Positions 8,741-17,050 of a stretch of 40,080 nucleotides of DNA are shown piece after piece. The DNA is from Bdellovibrionota bacterium FG-1. GTDB lineage: Bacteria > Bdellovibrionota > UBA1018. The notes beneath the pieces are model-generated. The model saw nothing but the letters and a program-made list of their open reading frames with translations, was not told where the DNA came from and searched no databases. Each line of letters starts with the position of its first letter. The stretch's first letter is position 1. The stretch lies in contig JBBCAW010000130.1 in assembly GCA_051382295.1 (NCBI GenBank), positions 1 to 40,080 of the forward strand, given 5' to 3'. The position numbers were made by a program, and so were the translations under genes.

Positions 8741-10074
8741 GAGTCCTTCACTGTTTTTAGATTTTGCGCGGCGGTTTTTCTGAACTTCTTCGAAATTCGA
8801 GCGTCCTCGCGAACCTGTTGCCAGAATTGAATTGCCATCGGCAGCGCTCTTGCCCACCCACTTAAAAGAGTGTGCTCATAGGTAGAAAGCGAGAAAATTA
8901 TGCCTGAATCTTTGCCCTCGCTATTGGGAACGTAAAACATCGGGAGCATATCGTAAACGGGGGCTAGTACCGCTTGTTTATCCCCTGGATTCCAAAAGAA
9001 AGAAAGATTGCCCGAATGCCGATCCGAGTTTGCAATCAACCTACCGAAGCACTCGACCGTCCCAATAGTCATTAAGTCATCGCTCGAAATTTTTTTCTCT
9101 CGCTCCAAAATTCCCGCCGAAATCGCCCAGTTTTGACCGCCGCCGGTCCATTCATTTTCAAACGCCGAAAGAGTCAGGACCCCCTTTCTCCCCTGCACCC
9201 CCACTCGGTCAAAGCGAATGGTTTCAAGAAAGGTTCTCCCTCCCCCTTCTAAGACCCGCGTTTTTGCGGAAGAAATTCCATGGTCCCGCAATACCTCGCT
9301 TGCAAGTGACTCGCAGATCAATAAATCGCGCCACCGCCCCGCCGAAAACGAATCTCCAGCCGGCGAAAATTTTACGAGTACCTTTTCGAAGACCCCCTTA
9401 CAGCGAATCATCGCACCAAATTTAGGCTGCTCGCCGCCTGCCGAAGAGCCCGCAAGCTGGCCTTCCATCGCTGCCTGAGCCAAAGTGATATATTGTTTCT
9501 CGGGATGGTCGGCGTCGATGGATTGAACGGACTGGTTGCGCCCAGCCTGATGACGGTCAAAGGACTCCGCCCCTAATAGGAGATTCCCGGTCAGATCTTC
9601 GCCTCGTCGTGCGATGGCCTCAAGAATATCGTCATGACCCCAATCCAATATTCGCCCCGGTAACTTCAAATCGGGGTGCTTATGACCAAAGGCCCTCCCC
9701 AGAAAGCCCTGAGGTCGCATATCATCCAAAAAAAACGGAAGCCCCGGGTAAAACTGAGGTCGAGACGGGCTTGATTGCGACAGAAAAACAAAAGAATGGG
9801 GATGCAAAGCCAGCAGATTCCCTAGGAGCACGGTTTCGCCTGCGGCGGAAATTTGAAACACCGGAAGCTGAGAACCCAAGTTCCTCACTCTGCGAAGGGC
9901 GGCCAATTTGCGATTACGAGGGCCGCCTAGAGCGACCAGGATTTCGGGCTGTGCCTGAACACTTCGAAACAGCGTCGATTGACTCATCCCCAAGCGAGCC
10001 ATAAGACTTGCGGGAGACTGGGTGCCCTCCGCGCGCAAAATCGAGAGCAGTCTGGGATCGAGTTTTTTGACCAT
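8737..10074 (-). CDS. yjjJ: YjjJ (HipH)-like HipA-family kinase toxin with N-terminal winged HTH
   Basis: LDDMRPQGFLGR, GSSAGGEQPKF, RWRDLLICE, RFDRVG, LIANSDRHSGN, LAPVYDMLPM. Start reassigned to MVKKL at 10074. Confidence 0.9.
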   Translation of the reverse strand: MVKKLDPRLLSILRAEGTQSPASLMARLGMSQSTLFRSVQAQPEILVALGGPRNRKLAALRRVRNLGSQLPVFQISAAGETVLLGNLLALHPHSFVFLSQSSPSRPQFYPGLPFFLDDMRPQGFLGRAFGHKHPDLKLPGRILDWGHDDILEAIARRGEDLTGNLLLGAESFDRHQAGRNQSVQSIDADHPEKQYITLAQAAMEGQLAGSSAGGEQPKFGAMIRCKGVFEKVLVKFSPAGDSFSAGRWRDLLICESLASEVLRDHGISSAKTRVLEGGGRTFLETIRFDRVGVQGRKGVLTLSAFENEWTGGGQNWAISAGILEREKKISSDDLMTIGTVECFGRLIANSDRHSGNLSFFWNPGDKQAVLAPVYDMLPMFYVPNSEGKDSGIIFSLSTYEHTLLSGWARALPMAIQFWQQVREDARISKKFRKTAAQNLKTVKDS

Positions 10075-10079
10075 TCGTC

Positions 10080-10111
10080 TGAATGATAGCATGAATGATG
10101 AAGTGAATGAT
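10080..10111 (-). promoter_or_regulatory. Three 8-bp direct repeats at 12-bp period over an extended -10 promoter
   Basis: TGAATGAT at 10080, 10092 and 10104; minus-strand TGC-TATCAT (10091-10083) lies 8 nt before the yjjJ ATG. Confidence 0.7.
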
Positions 10112-10230
10112 AAAACTAAGAAAAAAACATTTAATTTCAAATAGTTACGTAATAAAAAAAGAAATAGAGACTTCAAAAACAGCTGAAATCCAATGTAGGT
10201 CCAAAGTGAAATTAAAAAATAGACCCGTTT

Positions 10231-10273
10231 AAAAAAAATCGCCAGCCCGAGAATATCCCCGCGACCGGCGATT
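10231..10273 (-). terminator. Intrinsic terminator of the 505-aa gene
   Basis: AATCGCC (10237-10243) / GGCGATT (10267-10273) stem with an A8 tract at 10231-10238. Confidence 0.65.
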
Positions 10274-10305
10274 CATTATTTCAAGCCAAAAACAAGTCAA
10301 GTTGC

Positions 10306-11823
10306 TTAATGTAAAGTCGTTTGGATCTTCAGATTCCGAAAATGAAGACTCCCCGCAACGCCCTTTTCTGAAATACCGATGAGGTCCAAATCTCCCTGAA
10401 AAGGAACACCGAGCGGGCTTTCAAAAAATCGCCCTTGGTACGTGTGCCAATTGCTGGACTCCCGTCCATCATAGGTGCGAATTTCGGTTGCCCACCAATG
10501 CTTCTCGTCAGCCGCAAAATAGATAAACAAGCGCATTTCGCGTCCATTTTCCATCCACTCCGCTTCGAAAGTCCAATAATCCGGGTTTCCCGGATCGGAG
10601 TGAAAATCCCCAAAAGAGGGACTGCCATAGTAAGTCACGCCTTCGGCACCTATGTGAAAATCATCGGCCGTTAAAAGAACCCGATTCGATCTCCACTCGA
10701 TACTATTGTCTAAAACTGGAAGGAGGTCAGGGTCCTTTGGCAAATAACTACCCCACAACGGAGGGAGCGTGTTCACGCCATCCAACAATCGCTTCACCGT
10801 TTCAATGACTTCATCCAGTTCAACCTTCAAGGTGGCCTCGCTATCGATGCGTCGAATGACCACATCGGCCAAATCATCAATCGGAGTCTGTGAATTCATG
10901 CGCTTGACCAAAACCGGCAGCGACACCTGCAAATCGGTTCCAAACGCCCGATCGAGCTCGCCCTGACAAACGGTCATTCGATAAGACTCTGGATTACGAG
11001 CACATCCAGCGGCTTGCAGCATTCGAAGTTTCCAAAAGATTTCCCACCACAATGCTGTTTGCGAAATATCCAAACCACTCAAACCTTCAGAAACAAAAAC
11101 ACCCTTACTCAAAATCTCATCCGCTGGGCCAAATTGTCGTGAAAGATGCTCATCCAAAGCCTTTGGATCTACCCAGAGATCATTCAGCATCGTTTTGACG
11201 AAACGGCTCCAACCCAAAACCCTTTCAAAGGGCGTGGGCATCTGAATCCGCAAATCGCCAGGCAAATTCTTAGGAATTTTTCGATAAGCCTCAATAATCG
11301 ATTTTTGAATTTCCAGGGCCTGCGCCTCGTTTGCGCCTAAAAGATGCGAAAACTCATGTCCCACCAAGGCGATGGTTTGATTCCAATAGTTGTCGGAATT
11401 CAATTTTTGAGCAAGATTTTTGACGCTGATGCAGATCGAATTGGGCTGACTTCCCGGCGCGGCACCGTCCTTCTCTTCATGAGCGGGATCCAAACAAGGC
11501 CCTTCTTCATTGAGTTCGATGCTTGTGGTCTGGATCATTTCAAAAACAGTGTGGGCGCCCTCAAAAAGTAACTTTCCAACCGGACTCGGTGAGGCCCTGT
11601 AAAGCTTGGCCTGAGAATTAAAATAGAGGTACAAACTGAGTCGAGACTGACGAATTGAATTTTTTATCCATGCCGAACTCACGCCCTCAGGAGGTGTAAT
11701 CCCCCCTCCTCCGCTGGTGCCGCTCCCATCTCCGGCGAGCACGACAGACCCACTCCCCAATCCAAACATCAACAACCCAAGTAGGGTTAAAGTTGTTAGA
11801 CTCCCATTTTTTAATTTTCGCAT
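10306..11823 (-). CDS. Secreted protein with HExxH motif and an aromatic-rich C-terminal beta domain
   Basis: Signal peptide ending VLA, then GDGSGTSGGGG; VGHEFSHLLG; SD AAGGAG upstream. Confidence 0.75.
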   Translation of the reverse strand: MRKLKNGSLTTLTLLGLLMFGLGSGSVVLAGDGSGTSGGGGITPPEGVSSAWIKNSIRQSRLSLYLYFNSQAKLYRASPSPVGKLLFEGAHTVFEMIQTTSIELNEEGPCLDPAHEEKDGAAPGSQPNSICISVKNLAQKLNSDNYWNQTIALVGHEFSHLLGANEAQALEIQKSIIEAYRKIPKNLPGDLRIQMPTPFERVLGWSRFVKTMLNDLWVDPKALDEHLSRQFGPADEILSKGVFVSEGLSGLDISQTALWWEIFWKLRMLQAAGCARNPESYRMTVCQGELDRAFGTDLQVSLPVLVKRMNSQTPIDDLADVVIRRIDSEATLKVELDEVIETVKRLLDGVNTLPPLWGSYLPKDPDLLPVLDNSIEWRSNRVLLTADDFHIGAEGVTYYGSPSFGDFHSDPGNPDYWTFEAEWMENGREMRLFIYFAADEKHWWATEIRTYDGRESSNWHTYQGRFFESPLGVPFQGDLDLIGISEKGVAGSLHFRNLKIQTTLH

Positions 11824-11913
11824 AGCATCTCTCCTTTATCCAAAACGATCCATTTACTCAATTGTTCCTGCTGAAAAACATAATGAGAGAATAGCTTCGT
11901 TTGAGCAGGCATG

Positions 11914-11941
11914 GGTTACAAAAGTTCTGTATTTTGTAACC
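11914..11941. promoter_or_regulatory. Perfect 10-bp inverted repeat in the divergent intergenic region (candidate TIGR02147 operator)
   Basis: GGTTACAAAA-N8-TTTTGTAACC. Confidence 0.7.
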
Positions 11942-11965
11942 AAAAGTAGAGTAAAAGGTAAACCT

Positions 11966-12784
11966 ATGCAGAGAACCCTGTTTGATTTCAAGGATTATCG
12001 ATCTTACCTTAAATACGTTCTTCCCACCGGGGGGCACCTCCGGGGGAGCCGAATTCGCTTAGCCGAGGCGCTGGGGGTCCAAAAAGGGTTCATTTCGGCG
12101 GTTTTGCATGACAAGGGCGAGTTCAGTCTTGAGCAGGCTTTTCGAATCAGTCGCTTTCTTGCCCACTCCGAGGAGGAGCGTGAGTTTTTCCTCCTCCTCG
12201 TTCAAATGGCGCGCGCCGGTTCGAAGGACCTGGAAGGACATTTCTTAAATAAAATAAATGCAATGCTCGTTGGCCGGCGCGAAATCCGGGAACGAATTAG
12301 CACTCAAGCGACCCTCTCTGAGGCAGACCAATTGGTGTACTATTCAAGCTGGCATTACACCGCGATCCATATGTGCCTCATGATTTCGGGACTGCGGACA
12401 CCGGACGGGATTGCCAGGTATCTGGGGCTTCCGACCCGAGCTGTTTCAAAAATTCTCGCATTTTTCGTCAAAACCGGGCTGGCCGAGCAGCGCGGGACCG
12501 CTTACATCGCCGGACCGACGAGGATTCACATCGCCTCGGATTCTCATTTTGTGTCCAAACACCACACCAATTGGCGGATGCAGGCGATTCAATCGATGGA
12601 TCGGACCCAAAGTGAGGATCTGCATTATTCGTTAGTGATGAGCATATCGAAAGGCGCGGCTGAGAAGATTCGGGAAATTCTTCTCAACTCCATTCAGACG
12701 ACAGAGCCCGTAATACGCGAGGCCAAAGATGAGGGTGTTTATGCCATGACCATCGATTTGTTCTCTCTCAACGCAAGGGAGTGA
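11966..12784 (+). CDS. TIGR02147/DUF4423-family HTH regulator
   Basis: LFDFKDYRSYLK, N-terminal HTH, YYSSWHYTAIH, HHTNWR, VYAMTIDLF. Start reassigned to MQRTLF at 11966. Confidence 0.85.
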   Translation: MQRTLFDFKDYRSYLKYVLPTGGHLRGSRIRLAEALGVQKGFISAVLHDKGEFSLEQAFRISRFLAHSEEEREFFLLLVQMARAGSKDLEGHFLNKINAMLVGRREIRERISTQATLSEADQLVYYSSWHYTAIHMCLMISGLRTPDGIARYLGLPTRAVSKILAFFVKTGLAEQRGTAYIAGPTRIHIASDSHFVSKHHTNWRMQAIQSMDRTQSEDLHYSLVMSISKGAAEKIREILLNSIQTTEPVIREAKDEGVYAMTIDLFSLNARE

Positions 12785-12848
12785 AATTAAACCAAACTGG
12801 ACAGCTCTCAGCATGAGAATCCCGGTTATTGCTATACCCGAACACTCC

Positions 12849-13010
12849 TCACGCTCGTCTTAGGTAGTCGACTACACAATTCGCTAGAAAAATCAAAAAC
12901 TTGGTAAAGACGATCAGACGCCAAGTTTTTAGCTGCTTCAGCTTAAGTTTTTCCAGCCGGATCCGAAAGGAGTAATAACTGGTTGTGGAACCAATTTTTT
13001 TACTCTTCAT
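12849..13010 (-). CDS. 53-aa basic peptide with a hydrophobic C-terminus; candidate type I toxin
   Basis: MKSKK...WRLIVFTKFLIFLANCVVDYLRRA; strong SD AAGGGGGTGA sequestered in an 8-bp stem (13017-13024 / 13037-13044). Confidence 0.5.
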   Translation of the reverse strand: MKSKKIGSTTSYYSFRIRLEKLKLKQLKTWRLIVFTKFLIFLANCVVDYLRRA

Positions 13011-13353
13011 AGGATCACCCCCTTTCTCTACTCGGGAAGGGGGTAGGTCCGTATACTCTGTCCAGTTTGGCAGAACCTCAAAAAGCAAAGAAGATGCCAT
13101 GTTTTAGCGCTATTTCGGGCCATTTTACCAAAATGGTGTTCGAAATCCGGCCTCAACAAACAAAAATAGGACTATGATTCTTGGCCAGGGTGAAAAACAC
13201 ACCCAAAGCAACGCACCGTTACTTGCGGCGCCGCAGGCTACTGAATTGCTCAAAAATTCAAAGAAACTTAGTGTAATTTTTACACCCCCATTGTCACACG
13301 GCTTGCAGCTGTTACACTGGCACTCCAATCAATCAAGATTCAGGAGAATCTCC

Positions 13354-14655
13354 ATGACTTCACGGATTCAGAAGGCTGGTTTTTTGTCTTTGGGCGTAGT
13401 GTTATTTTCATTTTTTGGGCCTGTCGCGAAAGCCGACCCAGAAATGCGGTTTATTCAAATTTCCGCACTTGGGAAAGAACAGCGCACTGAAATTGCCAAT
13501 CACGGCGTCAGCATCGAAGCCACGCGCTCTGACAGCGTCTGGGGTTTTGCCACTGTCCCCATGATTGAGACTCTCCAAAAAGACGGGTTTAAAGTCCTTG
13601 GCAACTTTGACCTTAAAATCGGACAGGGCGGCCACGAAGGCACCCTAGACTTTCCACCTGCCGATAGCCCCTTTCATACCTATGCAGAGCTCACGGCAGA
13701 CCTCAATGCGCTTCACGAGGGTAATCCCGATATCACCGAACTCATGAGCATCGGCAAAACCACCGAAGGCAATGAAATGTGGGCGCTCCATATCAATACC
13801 AACACGAAAGAACTCGGTGCAGGCACGAGCGGTAAGCCGGGAGTGGTATTCATGGGCAATCATCATGCCCGGGAACACTTAAGCCTCGAGGTCCCTTATC
13901 TGCTGGCAAAATATTTACTGGATCATCGGCGCGACCCAAAAATTTCGAACTTGCTCGACTCTCGCGATATTTGGATTGTCCCCATGGTCAATCCCGATGG
14001 TGCGCAATATGACATCGCCACCGGAAGATACCAATGGTGGCGCAAAAATCGGCGTAATAATCACAATGGCACCTACGGGGTCGACCTCAATCGCAACTAC
14101 GGCTTTGGCTGGGGCACTGGCGGATCATCTAATGATACCTCCAGTGAAGTTTACATGGGCCCCGCTCCGTTTTCAGAACCTGAAACACAGCATGTTCGGG
14201 ATTTTGTCGATGCCCATCCCAACACCAAGGTGCTCCTCAGCTTTCACACCTATAGTGAGCTGATCTTGTATCCTTGGGGCGGAAAATACGAGCCCGTGCC
14301 TAATCAGGCGGACCACGATACCTTTAAGAAACTCGCGGAAACTATGGCGCAATGGAATCATTACACCCCTGAACAGGCCAGCGATCTTTACATCGCGAGC
14401 GGCGACACCACCGACTGGGCCTATGGCACGCACGGAATCTTTGCCTTTACCTTTGAACTTTCTCCAAAAGATCAAATGGACGGCGGCTTTTACCCAGGTG
14501 CAAACGCCATCGACCGGGTCTTCAATGACAACCTCAAACCTTGCCTCTATCTCTTGGGCATAGCTAACGACCCACACCAAGTGTTAGGTACCCAGCCCAC
14601 TGGTTTTTTAACAAATTACGTGGAACCGACCATTCAAGAAGACTGGATGCTTTAA
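13354..14655 (+). CDS. Secreted M14 zinc carboxypeptidase (carboxypeptidase T-like)
   Basis: HHAREH, NPDG, WRKNRR, GVDLNRNY, SFHTYSE, FTFEL; signal peptide; AGGAG before the ATG at 13354. Confidence 0.93.
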   Translation: MTSRIQKAGFLSLGVVLFSFFGPVAKADPEMRFIQISALGKEQRTEIANHGVSIEATRSDSVWGFATVPMIETLQKDGFKVLGNFDLKIGQGGHEGTLDFPPADSPFHTYAELTADLNALHEGNPDITELMSIGKTTEGNEMWALHINTNTKELGAGTSGKPGVVFMGNHHAREHLSLEVPYLLAKYLLDHRRDPKISNLLDSRDIWIVPMVNPDGAQYDIATGRYQWWRKNRRNNHNGTYGVDLNRNYGFGWGTGGSSNDTSSEVYMGPAPFSEPETQHVRDFVDAHPNTKVLLSFHTYSELILYPWGGKYEPVPNQADHDTFKKLAETMAQWNHYTPEQASDLYIASGDTTDWAYGTHGIFAFTFELSPKDQMDGGFYPGANAIDRVFNDNLKPCLYLLGIANDPHQVLGTQPTGFLTNYVEPTIQEDWML

Positions 14656-16340
14656 AGGTCCAAAATAATCGGCAAAACGACAGGCTTTTTGCCGATGTTG
14701 GCGCTAAAAAATCGTCGGAGTTCGACTCGAATGACTTCTTGAAGGTCCATTTCAAGGGCCCCACTCTGAAGCTCTTGCTCGTACTTGACGATAATTTTTC
14801 GCACTAACGCTTTGGATTCTTCGATCAAAAAGGCCTCTTGGGCTTCGCCCGTCAGCCCCTTGGCAATAATTTCAGGGCCAGACATAATTCGACGAGTTTC
14901 GACATTCCGAACCATGAGCGAAAAGACGATCCCCTTTTCGCCCATTTGGCGGCGTTCCTTCAGCACCAGCTTAGAAACATCGTTCCCATCGCGGCCTTCT
15001 ACCAGCACGCGAGGTTCGTCGATATGATCGACGACTTCGAAACGATCGGAGCCCACTTCAAGGACATCACCGTTCACGGCAATCAAAACGTTTTCGGGCG
15101 CGACCCCCGCTTCTTTAGCGACTGCCGCATGATGAACCAGATGTCGGTATTCGCCATGAATCGGCATAAAGAATTTAGGCTTACAAAGCTCGATCATCCG
15201 CTTGAGTTCAGGCCTCGTGGCATGACCCGAGGCATGGATTTCGTGTACGGATTCGTACAAGACTTCAGCCCCTTGTTTGAAAAGGTTGTTGATCATCCGA
15301 CCAATAGCCCTTTCGTTGCCCGGAATAAACTTAGAACTCATCAAAACCAAATCGCCCTGCTGCAATTTGATCTGACCATGCTCCCCGTTAGAAACCCGAA
15401 TCAGCGCCGAGCGATACTCGCCCTGGCTGCCCGTGGATAAGACCACGACCTCATTGCGCGGATAATCTGAGATGTCATGAATGGGAATCAGGGTGTCTTG
15501 AATATCTTTGATGTAGCCCAATTCGGCGCCCAGACGGACATTTTGCTCCATCGTTCGCCCGGCAAGCGCGACCTTTTTGCCCATTTTTTTGGAAAGATCC
15601 AAAACCTGGCTCATCCGCGCCACGTTTGAAGCAAACATCGACACTAAGGTCAGTCCTTGAGAAGCGGCAAAAAGCTGTTCAAAACTCTGGTAAATCACAC
15701 TTTCGCTCATCGAATGCTCATGCCGTTCAACATTAGTCGAATCACTCATGAGCAAAAGGACGCCACTATCGCCCGCTTTTCCAAAAGAATGCAGATCAAT
15801 CATCGAACCCACATACGGGGTGGGATCAATTTTAAAATCTCCCGTGTGAATGATCTTGCCGACTGGCGTATCAATAATCAGGGCCGCGGCATCGACAATA
15901 CTGTGATTGACCGAAACCGTCTTCACTTTGAAATGTTTGAAGCTGAGCTCATCACCCATCTTAAAAGTGCGAATTTCGGCCCGATCCATCAAACCGTATT
16001 CAGTCAGGCGTTCCCGCAATAAAAGCGAGGAAAAAGGCGAAGCATAGATCGGCGCATGAATCCCCGCTTTAATCGCAAAAGGAAGCGCGCCAATATGATC
16101 CTCGTGACCATGGGTGATCAAAAATGCCTTTACTTTATCTTTGCGCTCAACCAGATAGCTAAAATCCGGAATGACAAACTCGACCCCAAAATGATCGAGA
16201 TCCGAAAAAAGCAAACCGCAGTCCACCACCACGATTTCATCCTCCCATTCGAGGACCATGCAGTTCATTCCAATTTCGCCCAATCCACCCAAAGGGAGAA
16301 TCCGGAGGCCATTCAAAGGGGTATCGGCGATCGCGTTCAA
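14652..16340 (-). CDS. rnj: Ribonuclease J
   Basis: LGGLGEIGMN, THGHEDHIG, HTGDFKID, DSTN, HASGH, PIHGEYRH. Confidence 0.96.
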   Translation of the reverse strand: MNAIADTPLNGLRILPLGGLGEIGMNCMVLEWEDEIVVVDCGLLFSDLDHFGVEFVIPDFSYLVERKDKVKAFLITHGHEDHIGALPFAIKAGIHAPIYASPFSSLLLRERLTEYGLMDRAEIRTFKMGDELSFKHFKVKTVSVNHSIVDAAALIIDTPVGKIIHTGDFKIDPTPYVGSMIDLHSFGKAGDSGVLLLMSDSTNVERHEHSMSESVIYQSFEQLFAASQGLTLVSMFASNVARMSQVLDLSKKMGKKVALAGRTMEQNVRLGAELGYIKDIQDTLIPIHDISDYPRNEVVVLSTGSQGEYRSALIRVSNGEHGQIKLQQGDLVLMSSKFIPGNERAIGRMINNLFKQGAEVLYESVHEIHASGHATRPELKRMIELCKPKFFMPIHGEYRHLVHHAAVAKEAGVAPENVLIAVNGDVLEVGSDRFEVVDHIDEPRVLVEGRDGNDVSKLVLKERRQMGEKGIVFSLMVRNVETRRIMSGPEIIAKGLTGEAQEAFLIEESKALVRKIIVKYEQELQSGALEMDLQEVIRVELRRFFSANIGKKPVVLPIILDL

Positions 16341-16993
16341 AATAGGGTCTCCTCAACTTTAACCCGGGCGCGCAAAATTCGAGTCACTTGTTGTACCCGT
16401 GCGGCTAATACATCCGCAGCAATGTCGGTTTCATCACCCACAACCAAATCAGCGTATTGCCGAGTGGGCTCCAGATATTCGTGATGCATGGGCCGCACCG
16501 TATCGTAATACTGACGGATAATACTATCTAAACTTCTTCCACGTTCGCGCACATCGCGATGAAGCCGTCGAATAAACCGAATATCCGCCTCGACAAAAAG
16601 ATAAACCTTCACGTCAAAAAGGTTTCGAATCTCCGCATCCCAAAGTGTGTAAATACCTTCCATCAAAATCGTGCGACAGGGACCGATGAGCTGGGTTTCG
16701 CCCGTTCGCCGACTCGTTCTAAAATCATAAACGGGGATCGCGACTTGCTCACCTGCCTTAAGGCGACGCAAATGATCTTTCAAGAGCGGCCAATCAAAAG
16801 CGCCCGGATGGTCAAAATTCGGTTCGCCATGCACTCGTAAATCAGGGGGAGGTGTCGGGAGATAATAACTATCCTGATGAAGCAAAGCGACCGACTCGAC
16901 GAGTTCCGCTTCTTCGGATACACGCTGCATCACCTTACGCGCAAAAGTCGTTTTTCCCGAGCCAGAACCCCCGGCAATCCCTACCAAATACAT
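16337..16993 (-). CDS. udk: Uridine kinase
   Basis: GIAGGSGSGKTT, NFDHP, RFIRRLHRDVRERGR; AGGAGG before the ATG at 16993. Confidence 0.95.
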   Translation of the reverse strand: MYLVGIAGGSGSGKTTFARKVMQRVSEEAELVESVALLHQDSYYLPTPPPDLRVHGEPNFDHPGAFDWPLLKDHLRRLKAGEQVAIPVYDFRTSRRTGETQLIGPCRTILMEGIYTLWDAEIRNLFDVKVYLFVEADIRFIRRLHRDVRERGRSLDSIIRQYYDTVRPMHHEYLEPTRQYADLVVGDETDIAADVLAARVQQVTRILRARVKVEETLF

Positions 16994-17050
16994 GGACCTC
17001 CTTCTATCATACTTGACATAATTTTGCGCGTTAAGTTTTATGGTCCCTAT

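Noticed and set aside
10075..10176. N-terminal extension of YjjJ in the ORF track (similar extensions for 11717, 13174, 16877, 17149 and 22861)
   Set aside because: These run through promoter DNA or neighbouring genes; downstream ATGs match family N-termini or SD positions.
1538..13100. Prophage or integrative element
   Set aside because: No integrase, phage structural or conjugation genes, and no att-like direct repeats seen. It looks like piecemeal accretion.
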